Source: Octopus vulgaris
Lineage: Eukaryota
Reading direction: 5' to 3'
Assembly: GCA_951406725.2 (NCBI GenBank)
Contig: OX597815.1
Coordinates: forward strand, 154,690,001 to 154,754,000
Length of the DNA stretch: 64,000 bases
The notes beneath the pieces were generated by a model. It worked only from the letters and a program-made list of their open reading frames with translations, was not told the DNA's origin and did no database searches. Within the stretch, counting starts at the first letter, position 1. Each line of letters starts with the position of its first letter. A program made the position numbers and the translations under genes. Shown one piece after another: positions 41,093 through 55,529 of the stretch.

Positions 41093-41527
41093 CAGTAGTT
41101 TTATTTTTATAGCGTGCTTTCACTTCACTACCGAGCGCAGCTCTGTGTGCCTTGGGTATGTGCTGTGATTTGTTGTGATGCTCTGATGGTTATTGTATGG
41201 AAAGTGTTCTGCGTAGGATGTGTGCAGTGCCTAGTAGTGCAATTTTCTGTATGTTATATGTGTTTGTAAGTCCTGGTGTTTTTGTTATGTATTTGTCTGA
41301 ATATTTTTTTATCATGCCTAATGCACCTACTATGATAGGAATTGTTTCTGTTTTCAGGTTCCACATTCTAGTTACCTCTATTTCCAGGTCTTTGTATTTT
41401 GAGAGTTTCTCCATTTCTTTTAGAGACACGTTGTCATCTGCCGGTATTGATACATCAATTAGAAAGCATTTTTTTTCTTCATGATCTCTGACAACTATAT
41501 CTGGTCTGTTGGCCTTAATTTCTCTAT
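41093..41527 (-). mobile_element. R4/Dong 3' fragment inserted in (TAA)n
   Basis: IDVSIP..KLSKYKDLEIEV..IPIIVGALG..IQKIALLGTAHILRR; (TAT)n on both sides. Confidence 0.85.
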
Positions 41528-41537
41528 CATTATTATA

Positions 41538-41608
<71 letters not shown>

Positions 41609-42240
41609 CATTATTATTATTATTATTATTATTGTTGTTGTTTTTGTTGTTGTTATTGTTATTGTTATTATTAATGTTATTGTTATTATTATCATTATCA
41701 TTATTATTATAGCTGACCCCGTACCGTCAAGAATGACGGCTAATTGTAGTATTTACATATAAATGAGGTACAAAATAAAGTACATAGTAATCACAAATAC
41801 AGCATTCATATAATCCTTTGTTCACGCGCACACAAACACACATACACACATACACACAGACACACGCACACTAACATTCACAAGACTCCCTTTTATTTAT
41901 ATATACATATACTCATGCATTGTTGAAACTCTGATGGAGCTGTTTGATTATTTTTTTCACCATCATCCCAATACTGAGTTTGCTATCACCCCTTCCTTTG
42001 TTGTTCATCTATCACCTCTTCCTTTCTCATTCATATCATGTGACAGAGAAATACACAAGCGTAGTATTATAGTAGAAGATATGGATGGTAAATCAAATTA
42101 ATACGCTTGTCACTGTTCACTTACATTCACATCCTTCCCTTGTAGACGCTCACAAATACACACATATACTCACACAAAGTTGAAATGTTGTTTGACTTTT
42201 CTTTTCATTGTTGAACGTTCATCATCCCATTTCCATTGCA

Positions 42241-42274
<34 letters not shown>

Positions 42275-42567
42275 TGAACATACAAATACTTCTTTTTACA
42301 TACATACACATATACTCACACAGAATTGAAATACTGACTTTATTTTTTCACTCCTTCCATTCTCATCTATATGCTGTGATGGAGAAATACAGATACACGA
42401 CGCGCTCATTACCACTTCCTCTCTCTCATTTCTATTACTTTTTCCCATTTCCTCTCAGTCAGAGCTATTATTCTCACTACTTCTCCTTCACTGAATTATC
42501 ATTTTCAATTCTCCTCCTTTACTTATACTACTCTGCATGATTTTGGACAAATATATATATATATATA

Positions 42568-42758
42568 TAATTTAGAGAAAAACTTCTATTATACAATTCA
42601 ATAACGAAAGCTGTTATTCACAACACTTAGAAAACATATACTATCAATAAAGCTTATCCTAAGAATCAATAAAGTACAATAACTAGTAAATAGTAGTAAA
42701 AAGTGTGAATAACATCTTTCTTTATTTAATTGTTTGATAGAGGTTTTTCTCTAAATTA
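42568..42758. repeat. Short fold-back with ~55-bp arms
   Basis: taatttagagaaaaac..gttattcaca pairs with tgtgaataac..gtttttctctaaatta. Confidence 0.8.
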
Positions 42759-43379
42759 TTTACATAATATATTGTGAAATTTTATTTAAAATTGTTAAAT
42801 TGAATGTATCCATGTAAGTTTTGGAATTATATTCCGTAATATATAAAAATACAACAACGCTCATTATTATATTAGGAAATCATTGATTGAGAGAGCAGCG
42901 CATGCCATCAAAGTGATACAGGGGTACCAATATACGAAGCCTAGTATACCCATCATGACTACCCGTATGATAAGGTTACACCAGGCACATGCATCGCAAC
43001 CATATGTGTGCGACATGATGAGTTTATATGGAGATAAACAACGCATGACCTTGCAGTGGAGCCCAGTTAGAATTTTCGTCAGGTTGAGTAGCCCGTGCTG
43101 CTTAAATGATCCCTAAATAAGGTTTGTTTAACGATGATGAATGAAGCACCCATCTTCCACAGGTGAATTATTCAAGCCCCAAAGTGCTCCTCTCAAAATA
43201 TAGCTATCATTCTCCCCCGTTACTTCTACTCGTGATCAGAGATGCACATATCTTCAGTCACTAAGGGACAAGCTCACATGGTTAAGGTCAAGCAACTAGT
43301 AAACAAACATATGGTACTAATATTTGATATAGGCGAGATAAAACAATGTACATGATAACATTTCCAATCATTTAACGTA

Positions 43380-43600
43380 AACAGCCTTGTTTCGCTTTTC
43401 AGATCTTCGTATTGTTTGAACTTTTGCTTGGACTTTTTACTACAGCGTTTCTTTTGCTGAGAGCATCTTTCTTCTTTTTCTGAATTTTATAACGTTTCCA
43501 CAGATTAGTTCATTCAGTATTGATATTTCCCCTCCCGATATTTCAATCTCTTTTTCAATTTTATTTTTCCAGTTTGGACTATTATATAATATACATCGGT
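43380..43600 (-). mobile_element. R4/Dong LINE N-terminal remnant
   Basis: PNWKNKIEKEIE..GEISILNEL and KVQAKVQTIRRSEKR. Confidence 0.5.
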
Positions 43601-45154
43601 ATTTTCGGCTAGATTAGGATCGCAGAATAACACGAATTTAATTTTATTAGAAAGTAGGTAGTGGCTATGCAGCACAAACAAAGAGCGTTTTTTGTATACA
43701 AAAGAAGATATTATTTATAATAATTGCTACACTTCTAGGCAATATATCTTTAAAGACAGAAAAATGTATTAGATGTTTGTTCATTAGCATACATTTCCGA
43801 TATTCGAAGAGATACTTCATGATTGTTAGTTACGTATTTTGTGTTAAGAATAGTTAAAATATAGCCAATGCATTTGTTGAGATTTTTGAAAGGGCAGTTT
43901 TAAGTTAGTTATACACAAGACTGGTAGTTATATCCAGGTAGTTCAATACTGCAACTAAAGTTGATATATATTTTGCGTGAATATTTGTATTCCCTAGTTA
44001 TATAATGAGACATCAAATTTAACAAAATCAAAAGCGTTTACGACATAGTGAAAGAGGAAGCTCAGTGATAAAGGCATCGCAAGTTGTGAGGATTTGCATT
44101 CATGTATATAAGAGAGGCTTTGAACGGTGAAATTAGATTTATTGTTGAAATTAGACTTGAAATTAAGAGGGATAGTTAATTATTTTTCGATTTTTAATGT
44201 ATAATATGAGTACTGAAGGGATGCTGTTTTGCTTTTGTACCGTACAAATGTTGTGGTTAGCTACCAATGAGAGGTATTCACCATTAATTCATTAACCATT
44301 ATATATTTTATGGTTTCACACATTTTTCTGTATGTAATTGCAAAATATTTTGATTTTAGTGGTTAGAATCGATACAAATTTTATCGACACCTACCTGAAA
44401 ATAGCTGGAATTTGTTGTCTTTCATTTTACTTTTAAGATCTTGCTCGAGAGATTTCTTTAATTCTTCAAATTCAAATTCGAACATCAAATAGATCGTCTT
44501 CAAAGAGGGTAAGCAGACACTTTGAAGATAGGCACTTATTGAACTGGAATCTTGAAGTTTCATAGTTGTCTGTTTTCTTGTTTATATACACCTTATAATT
44601 TTAATCACATTTTATTCATATGTATATGCATATTTCTACACACATATACATGATGGTTGAAAACTTGTGTTCGAGTATTACCATCGCCTGATCGAAAGTC
44701 CTACACATGTAAAGGCTATAGGTCTTGCATTTATTCAAGCTATGCCTGTGCATGATGATTTTTCTATAGTTGGAGAAAGGTGATTGTTGGACACCCTGCA
44801 GGACAAAAGTGAGACCTGTCACAGGGTGGAGGATCTCACGAGCTGTCAACGGTCATCGAACAATATGTTTACATGTGTATGTATGCATGTATGCATGCGC
44901 AGGGACATAGAAATACCTGCGTTGATGTCCAGGCGCGCGGATGTCCTACTGGGAGTGGGCGGCCCCTCTGTTGTTGTCAAAAATAACTCTAGGAGAGGGA
45001 AACTCTGATGGAAAACGTGTGACACTGACAATATACAATGATGTACACAAGCTTTGTTCATGTTTATCTTGTCTATGTTTAGAGAGTGCGACTGGACATA
45101 CATACACACATGCATACATACATACATACATATATACATACATACATACATACA

Positions 45155-45264
<110 letters not shown>

Positions 45265-45428
45265 GCGTGTGCATATGAGCGTGCTTGCTCGCATGGGTCT
45301 ACTGAGAGTTTTCCTTATCAAACTAATAATGAAACGTATATTCGTCATTCGGCACAATATACAGACGCGTACACATATGTATATACATATACAAATATAA
45401 ATAAATCCACAGACACACACACACACAT

Positions 45429-45464
<36 letters not shown>

Positions 45465-47514
45465 CATATGCACATAACATGGCCGTGTGTTTGTGTGTGT
45501 GTGTGTTTGTGTATGTGTGTTTATGTGTGTGTGTGTGTGTGTGTGTGTAGACTTTGCGACCAACTTTCCAATTCCTTAGTAGTTGGATAACGAACAGTCC
45601 TATCTGGAATAATAATAAGGCCTATGCCTCAAAAGATATTTACTTGATTTCATTGACGCACCTGTGACAGTTTTTCAGTCGGCAATACACTCAAACAAGA
45701 CGATTGAGATACTACGGTGTCACAATCACCAGTATTTTTATCGTGAAGAAGCAAAACTGATATTTGACAATAGGAATAGTCTAAACTCTAAACAAAAAAT
45801 GCATATAAGATCGGTTGTTATCAGTACAACTCTGTTATACTTCGGCCAAGCTGATCGCACCTTACTTTTTTGACAATGAATCAATTTTTCACGCAATCTA
45901 TTTAGCAATTTTTAAAGAATATTGTATACGAACTTTTAATCGATCTAGATGATATATTTGAACTTATTTCCAATAGAATCGAAATAGACCACACTGAAGA
46001 CGGCAAGTGATGTGGGAGGCGAGGTAAAGAAGACATGAAAATAAAATGGCTGCTCCGACATTATATTTCTGACAGGCAAGAATCCTTGCTTGTGTGAATT
46101 TGTGTTTGTTAGTGTTTAAAATAAAATGCTTCAAAATATTAATGAAGTGATACCATTTATTGTGAATTTATTAGCCCAGATCCTCTGTCAGTTCTTGCCT
46201 ATAATATAAAGACTTCCTGTGTGTATTGAAGCTGAAAATGAGCATTTCTAGCATAAATAATAGATATGCCTTTTTTGCCAATCATTTCGTTTGTTCCAAT
46301 AATTTTTTATGTCTCATTGTTTAATTATAATTATCAAAACATTGGAGACATTAATAATGAATAATCAAAAAAATACACCAACCAAAATACTCATGGATAG
46401 AATAATGAACAAGAATGATAGCGGATTTCTGTAGTGATGTTAGTAATGATGATGAAAGGTCAAATACAAATATAAATAGAAGAATAAAAATCAATGATGT
46501 GCACAATGCAAAAACAATGAAGATAACAATAACAGACAACTAGTAAGGATATGAATAACAATATAAAATCAAAATAAATCTGTGAACACAATAATAATTA
46601 AAAATACGAAATACACTCGAAAAATAAAATTACAAATATATCAAATAAACTAAAATAGAAATATTGCAATGACTTGCACACAGTTGATAGGAAATCTGAT
46701 ATCACAATTATAAAAAAAATAATCGAAGTGATAACAGCGTCTCAGGGGATGATGGCTCTTTATGTGGTTGAAAAATATAGCCTTGACTGTCACACATACA
46801 GACATGGATATGCATACGTTCGTAAGTGTATGTTTGTATGTGAGACTGCGCATGCTCACTAACGATATATGAATATGTGTGTATGTGTATGTGTGTGTGT
46901 GTGTGTAGGCGAAGACGTGCCTGAGTGGTAAGAAGTTTGCTTCCCAACCGCATGTGGAACCGTGCACAAGTGTCTTCAACTTTAATCCCGAGATGACGAA
47001 AGCCCTGTTAGTAGATTTGATACACGGAAACTGAAAGAAGCCCATTCTCGTCCAATTTCTCTTGTCAGTTTGCCGTTTTCTTTTAATTATCCCTATAAAA
47101 ATGTCAATTCATGTGAGATCTAGTGAACGTGGAGGGTATTCTACTGAACATCTTCCTACAATTCACCTCTTAACAAAATCTCATAAAGGTAGGTTAAACT
47201 ATAACTATCTCCTTGCTAGAAACAAAACTTCATATATTCAAAGTCTTTCTAGATGCTTGGCATAACAAATTATCGCAGCAAGTTCAAGTAAAAGAAACCT
47301 GTCACGAAACGTTTTTGTTTGCCTTTCATCTTTAGGGTCGATAAAATATATACCAGTTAATCACTGGGGACGATGCAAACGATTTAGCTTTTCCTTAAAT
47401 TTGTTGGCCTTGTGCCAAAATATTAAATCAATATAATAAAATTGTGGGTAATTAGATTATATTGACTGCTGAGTTCAACTGGTACTTATTTTAACTGGTT
47501 AACGTACCTGGCGC

Positions 47515-47795
47515 CTTGTGGAGGCACATGGTGTAGTGGTTAGAGCAGCGGACTCGCGGTCGAGGGATCTCAGACCATGAGCGAAACACCTAATCTCCAC
47601 ACGGCTCCGGCAGAAGGTAATGGCGAACTTCTGCTGACTCTTTCGCCACAACTTTCTCTCACTCCTTCCTCCTGCACCTTGCAGCTCACCTGCGACGGAC
47701 CGGCGTCTTGTCCAGGTGGGGAACCTATATGCCAAGGAAACCGGGAAACCGGCCCTTATGAGCTAGGCAGGGCTCGAAAAGGTACAAACAACAAA
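47515..47795 (+). mobile_element. tRNA-SINE (third family)
   Basis: Head tggtgtagtggttagagcagcggactcgcggtcg; tail aacaaacaacaa. Confidence 0.65.
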
Positions 47796-48343
47796 CAACA
47801 AATAACAAACTTATTTTAACGACTCTGAAAGGCAAAGTCAACCTTGACAGAATTCGAAACAGAAGCTTAAAGACGGACGAAAGACGCTAAGCATTTTGCC
47901 CGATGTGCTAACGAATCTGCCATATCAACGATTTAGTAGAGAGTGTAGGATGTTACTAATATTATTGATAAGATAAGGTGGTGAGGTGGCAGAGTCGTTA
48001 TCACGTCGGGCAAAATGCTTACCAGCACTGGGATCAATATAATCCACTTATTCCCTCCCCCCATCTTACTGGATTTATGCCAAAATTTGAAATCAATATT
48101 ATTCTTTTCTACTTTAGACACAAGGTCCGAAATTTTGGAGCAGGGGCCAGTCGATTAGAACGACCCCCTTACGCAACTGGTACTTAATTTATCGACCCTG
48201 AAAGGATGAACGGTAAAGGCGCCAACGGCGGAATTTGAACTAACAACATAAAGACAGATAAAATATTGAAATTAATATTATTACTATTGCGTTCTGCCGC
48301 AATATTTCAAGGCGGCGAGCTGGCCGCATCGTTAGCATATATA

Positions 48344-49227
48344 TAGAAGATGATATCAAAAAGTTTCCGGACTAGTCCTGTAGCGCACCAGCAGATTGCA
48401 GCGTCCGCAGTTAGAGCTAGCAGTGACGTCCATGAGGTAGTGTTCTGAGTGACATCGCTCTGTTTACTTTGCAAGTTGTGAAATTTGTGTTTTGTGATCA
48501 CATGTATGTTGTAGTCTGCGATTTTGTCATGGACAGGAACGATAAGCCAGCGTGAAATTTTGCATTGAACTTGGGAAGTCTGCTGCAGAGACATTGAGCA
48601 TGCTTCGGCAAGCTTACAGCGACGAGGTAATGGGTCATGCACAATGTTTCGCGTGGCACAGGCGCTTCAAAAGGGGAAGAACGTCCATGTAAGACGATGT
48701 TACTCCCGGAAATAGAGTTTTGTGTATGGATAATTCGAACCCAGGGCCACACCGCCAATTGAAAGTTTTACTGCAACGTTTTGAAGATATTAGGCGGACA
48801 TTCGGCGGAAGCGAACGGATGTGTGGAGCGTGAAGAATTGAATTCTTCACAACGACAGTATACCCTATAAACAAGCTCTCCTTACTCGTGAGTTTCTTGC
48901 CAACGACAACATGATATCGCTTCGGCACTCACCCTTTTCGCCGGGTTTATTATGTGCAGGCCTCCATCTCTTTGTCAAGATATAAAACGCAGCTCAAACG
49001 TCACCGTTTTAACAGCGTTGCCGAGGTCCAGAACAAATCGCAGAAGATCCTCGACTCGCTTACGGAAAACGACTTCCAGGCCGAATCCCAAAAGTGGCAG
49101 GAACGCTTGGAATGGTGTATTGCTGCACATAGCGACAATTTCGATGTTAATAATCTTAAAACTTAGGTAAATAAGTTATTTTTAACAGACAGAAGTAGCC
49201 CGAGAACCTTTTTAAAACCACCTCATT
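48344..49227 (+). mobile_element. Decayed, internally deleted mariner
   Basis: Degenerate TIRs (atcaaaaagtttccggacta versus tagcccgagaacctttttaaaaccacctc), HTH remnants, and KWQERLEWCIAAHSDNF at the C-terminus. Confidence 0.8.
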
Positions 49228-49302
49228 TATATATACATGTGTGTATGTGAATGTGTGTGTGTGTGTATGTGTGTATGTATGTGTGCGTGTGTGTGTGTGT
49301 GT

Positions 49303-49975
49303 TTACAGGGTGCGGTGGGTAAATTGTCGCCATTTTATTTTTCTGCTTCCGTGCTTGTGGATTATATGATTTTGATTTATCGACTACACAGTATAGTGGT
49401 GTCAGTTGGACACCGTCTGGGACAAAAACAGCATCATGACCCAATTCACTGTGCTAGGAATTTTGGAAAGTCATACTGTACTGCTTGGCATTTGCACCAT
49501 AAGATATAATACGAACATTTCAGAGTGTTTGTGTGTCAAACTGAGGATAGTGTAGATGATTCGGAAAGAGTTGGATGAGTGTAATGATGATTACGAAGGT
49601 ACGGCAGCTCCGAAAACTCACTCTGATCGTTCTAATAAGAACAGAATTCTTGAATTTGTTGGTGAGATGCAGGTTATGATTGACAATAATTCCTCCAAGT
49701 TAGTCAGCTTCATCGACAGGGACATGGGAGTGTCTGAGTTTCTTATCAGGCAGTTGTTGCATGAATACATTCGGTATTCCTCATACAAGATGAGAAAGAG
49801 CCATCAAGTGCAGGAGGAAAGACTGCGCTACGAAGCTTTTAAACAAGCTCAATCATCCGCATCAACCAAACATGCTTTCGTTTTTGTCAGACAAGAAAAA
49901 TTTCTGCCAGGATCAGATGGTAAACACACTGAACAACCGTTGGCTTACCGTGTCGTATAGATATACAGAGATAAA
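49303..49975 (+). mobile_element. Tc1/mariner-like remnant
   Basis: TA-CAGGGTG terminal motif; HTH-like RDMGVSEFLIRQLLHEYIRYSSYKMRK; FFSDEK-like remnant. Confidence 0.6.
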
Positions 49976-52054
49976 TAAACCAGACACCGTTTGAGCCTCT
50001 GCAAAATCGCTTGATGACGAGAAATACAATTATATCTCCATCATATAATGTAGGTAATGTAATTCTATATGTCACTTGATAGAATGGTTGGTCAAGAAAG
50101 GAGCATTTGTCTGCCCCATTAGGAATTAAACTAATCAATCAAAACAGCTACTAAATTAAACTACTTTTTCTATGAATGTGCATGGATAAATGGTTTAATA
50201 GGCTCATGACAGTAAAGTCTTCTGGTTGATTTTCGGACCGGGGGGCATGGTATGATCTTGGACAAGGTATTTTGTTTTTTGTTTTTCCAGTACGCTCAGC
50301 TGCAAATATCAATGGCCCTTGCGAGTTGATCCTACGGTGGACTAGCGTCACATTCAAAAGATTGTCTTGTCACTTTCAGAGTAATCGCATTGAAAGTCTC
50401 AATTAGATTCGATTTCATGACGCTGTAGGGCCGAGTCTTAAATAATTTATCCTCTACTTGCAGGAAGAACATACAGCAATAGTTTAAATGTATGTGTGAG
50501 TTCATGATCTCTGAAATTCATTTATACATGCTGTAGTTTTAAAAATTCACTCCTACGATGTATGAAGAAAATAAATGATGAGTATTCAATTAACGTCTAA
50601 AAATAAACACGTGCATGAATTCTATTCCTCTATTAAAGTTTGATAACCTTCAGTGATAATTATCGTACATGCACTTCCACACAACATACACACACAGATA
50701 TCTACGACACGACACGGGTGACACTATGTAGCTGCTAGTGGTGCTAAAATTAGCTACCAGATTCCCTCCATTCACAACACGATGTCTTAAAACAAAATAT
50801 AGGTTGTGACTATATTGTGATAATGTAGTAGTAGATAAACGATGCCGGTTAAAAGACAAGATGGTTGTTGTTGAAATGCTTTTATAACACAGGTTATCTC
50901 AATGAAGATTGACCTGAAACAAGGCCAGCAATTTTAGGGAATGGCGTTGGTTGAGTACACTCACCCATGTGCTTGACTGCTTCTTATTTTATCGGCCCGG
51001 AAGGATAAAAGGCAAAGCCGACCTCAGCAGAATTTGAACTCAGATCATAAAGATGGACGAAATGCCGCTAAGCATTTTTCCCGACGAGCAAACGATTCTA
51101 CCAGCTCGCCGCCTTACAGTTTCTTAGCATATCGGTTTCAGATTTTGCACAAGTCCAGTAATTTCGGGGCATGTTGTAAGTCGAACACATCTGCCACATT
51201 GCTAAATTGGTACACATTTTGTCAGATCCAAAAGGATGAAAGGCACTTTCAAACTCTGCGGAATAACATTTTATATTGAAAAGAAGAATACGTTGGATAA
51301 TGGTATCATGGATATGTTATCTTAAAATACGATGCATACATTGACCATAACTTAGCCTGGGGCTAAAAGATATTTCATTAAGTGTTGCAGTTCTACTAAT
51401 TGTTAAACAAATAACTACGATTTCCAGAAATGTGGATATCACTTAACATGTTGAAAAATTGTTTGACACAAAATAATTACTAATGACAACCTATTACGGC
51501 CTTTTATGGGACGAAAGACATGCCCAGTTGCTACTATAGTTACACAGATATATTTCAATTATTCTATGATGATATTCTTTTACTGGCTTCAATTACTGTT
51601 TGTTGATTACATCGACTCTTATGCTTTGTCTGATACTTACTTCATCGTTATTGTACGACTGAAGTGCTAAGTAAACAGTGAAAATAAAGGCATTTTCGTT
51701 TGAATTAAATACCGCTGCATATTTCTGTTCAAATATATCAGTTCTCAGCCCAGACTAAATGCTCGCGCGCACGTGTGTGTGTGTGTGTATGAACGTGGGT
51801 GAGTATGTGTATGTGATTTGGTAAGGATTTGTATATATAAAGATAAAAAAATTAATGCTTTGATTAACTCTCTCTCCCACTCTCACTCATACACACACAC
51901 ACACACACACTCTCTCTCTCTCTATCTATATATCTACGTTTCTATCTATCATTCTATCTTCTTGCTTGTTAGATTCCAATATTTCTCGAGTTTCTCAGTT
52001 TCTTTTTAGGGAATGGCGCAGGTTGAGTACACTGACCCATGTGCTTGACGGCTT

Positions 52055-52640
52055 CTTTTGTCGTCATTCTATTATCATATGGTATTATTGTAATGTCCAA
52101 CATTGCTAGCTATTTTCTTCCTGCATAATCATATCTGGTCTCCTTGAAATAACACGGCCAGCTCATATGGAGAAATTCCCTAAAATCCTGTAATTATTTA
52201 TTATTCAACCTCATACTCTCTACCACGTTTCTGACAATGAATCCAGACATTCGGCTAAATTTACAATGCATCCTTTTATCGACACACCCCATACCAGTGC
52301 TTCTACACCATTTTACTAGCTTACTGCAGTCAACTTCTGAGATGCTTAATACTTTTGCCTCGATTTCCACATTGTCTGCGTTTGCACTCGGACTAAGTTC
52401 ATCAATTTCTACATTTATCAAAATTCGTTCCAAAGGTTTAATTAGCTTTCTAGCTTAGTTCTCATCTGTCATCTAAAATCAGTATTTCTTGCACGAGTTC
52501 ACCCTGTATTTCATTATCTCTCCATCTATTTATCCTGTTACTTTTTCTTTTGTTCTTCAATTCCCTTATTGTCTGAATAAAATTTGGATATTTCTAGCTG
52601 CGAATATTGTTTTTGGTTCACTACGTAAAACATAATTGTA
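52055..52640 (-). mobile_element. Decayed R4/Dong fragment (CCHC plus RLE)
   Basis: Minus strand CRQCGN..IKHL, RPDMI and LDITIIPYD across frameshifts. Confidence 0.5.
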
Positions 52641-52899
52641 CTAATGATATAATCTGCGTTTATCAAGCATCTGCACCCTACCTTACTTTGTAGATAGAGG
52701 TTCTCGAGATTACTTTTAGGGTGACGGTAGCGAGGTGGTAGAATCCTTAAAACACAGAAAAATACGTTCGCAGCATTCTTTCGGCTATTCGTGCCAATCC
52801 CTCCGACGTCGACTTTGCCTTACCTACTTTCGTGTTGCCGCTGAAATAAGTGCAAGTTGAGCACTGGAATGGTGTAATCCATTCTGCTATAGTACAATG

Positions 52900-53300
<401 letters not shown>

Positions 53301-54414
53301 AGCGGATACTTTTACATCGTTACCATGGAAAAAAAGTATTCATAAAACCTAGAAATGTGATGACTATTTGCCGAAAAACATTTGGAAAATGTGCATTACA
53401 CATTTATTTAGTCTTCATAAGCAGATCATATGATATTTGTATGCAAAGTTCTGGCTCGTTCTCATCTACAGTATTATATATATATAGCTGTATAAACATT
53501 ATGTTAAAGTTTTAATGTTATTTTTTGATAATTGGTATATTTTCTTGGATACTAGCATCGTTATTTATTGAAGATTTCTAACTACAACAGGTTAAACTAG
53601 TTTAACATCTCACATAATAGAGTAATGAATATTAGTATTATATCAAATGGATGCCTTACAAAACTATTTCGCACATACAATAACAGCATTATCCACAATC
53701 CAGCATATCTCCATCATCACTATAGTTTCGACACGTGGGCAGTACCATTCCATCCGGCGGTGTCAACAGCACTAAAATAAGTGTTGATTGGGAAAAAAAC
53801 ATGCCTTATATATCACCACATTCATTCAATCTTAATTCTAGGTAGGATTAAACGCTAACATTATAGATTAAAGTACAACAATCAAGTACATTTACCGTAT
53901 GTACAAAAACAGTATCTGTGAATAAATTCAATCAGTAAATCTATAGCTAACCCCTAAATTATCTAACTAAGCAGTAACTTAACCAGTGATGTCCATGCAG
54001 ATAATATTCGCACCGGTCTTCCATAGTTATTAATATAAAAGTGAAAGCTTTTATATTCTCTTCTTTCCAAAACAAAAGAAACTCGATTGAACTTAACTGA
54101 ACAGATAATATGACCATTTATTTATTATGATTAAAGCTCGTTAAAATAGCTGCTAGTCGTACTTGCATGTGTATTATGTATATCATACCAAAGAGATGAG
54201 AATACCATTTGCTTTGCATGTAAATTTATGAATATATCATGTGTTCTACTCATGATCATCGAGCTCATGAATGCGTGATGCAACGTTAAATGTTTTTCAC
54301 AATCAAATAGAATCTTGATGACTAATCATATCCATGTGCGTGTAAATATTTACAATACAATTATAATAGTTACGATGAAAGTTCAGCCACATATTGAACA
54401 TACATATTGTACAG

Positions 54415-54635
54415 TACAAAAGCTTACTGAAAAGTTCCTGGCTTTAAGGGCGTCACGAAAGCTCTGGTTGGAGGCCCAAACTTCGAGTTAATTTACAGTG
54501 CTTAGAAAAAAACAGAAGGACCGCTGCAATAAGTGTGTGAATCTGAGAGGGGAATATGTTGAATAAAGTCATAATACACTGAACCCCCTATATTTTCTTT
54601 TACCCAAAGACAGGAACTTTCAGGAACACCTCGTA
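54415..54635. mobile_element. Mariner-derived MITE
   Basis: TIR-like tgaaaagttcctggcttt versus aaagacaggaactttca...cctcgTA; internal KCVNLRGEYVE mariner C-terminus. Confidence 0.7.
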
Positions 54636-55529
54636 TATATGAATCTACGTATATTTGTATGTGTGTGTGTGTATTTATACCTTGGTCTTCAGTAGTACCT
54701 AACCTTTCTCATAAAATATTGGTTTACACGATGTGCTAAAACGGAAACTAGAACGATGGGTTTGTGAAGTGAACTTTTTAACCGCAATCTTTCACATCGT
54801 ACTTCTTTTTCTCTTTATCTAAAGAAAAGATAATCTTTATACTCTGAATTAGAAATCTACCAATTAAATAGTATTTTGAACCAGACTTCTCTTAATCGCC
54901 TTTACACTCATTATTTGTTTGCATATTTAAAGTTTGCATATGCACTTCAAACACATTTACGCATCATTACGTATTTATAAATATGAAATGCTCGCAAAAA
55001 TAACACAGCTTCGCTTCAGGAGACAGGTTTTCTCTCTTGAGACTCATTAAATACAATGATTAAAGTTTACTTTTTCTCGCAATCCATTCTTATAATATTA
55101 TGAGGTTTGTTATATATTTTCAAACACATCCACGCTAAATATACTCTTATCGTAGCCAATACCTCTAAAGCTTTGTTCGTATTAATAAATAAATGATTAT
55201 TGTATCTACTACAGCTTTACATTTGGAATTTTTAATTAATATTCTCTTCTTTCCAGAACAAAACAAACTCGATTGAACTTAACTGAACTGATAATATAAC
55301 CAGGAGGGTATTGCATTTTCCGCGTATTATAGATGATACGAGGACATTTTTTACAACGAGTGCAAGTCATGATAGGAGGGAGAGAACGTAAGGATTTTAC
55401 TAAGCAAAGTATCTCATACCGAACATGAGCGTTACTGTAACTTTTTTCTGCCCCAAATGTTGAGTGACACTGGTTTCCAAGGAATCGTGGAACTGCTTTC
55501 AAATTTTTTTGTGATAGTTCATTATTCAA

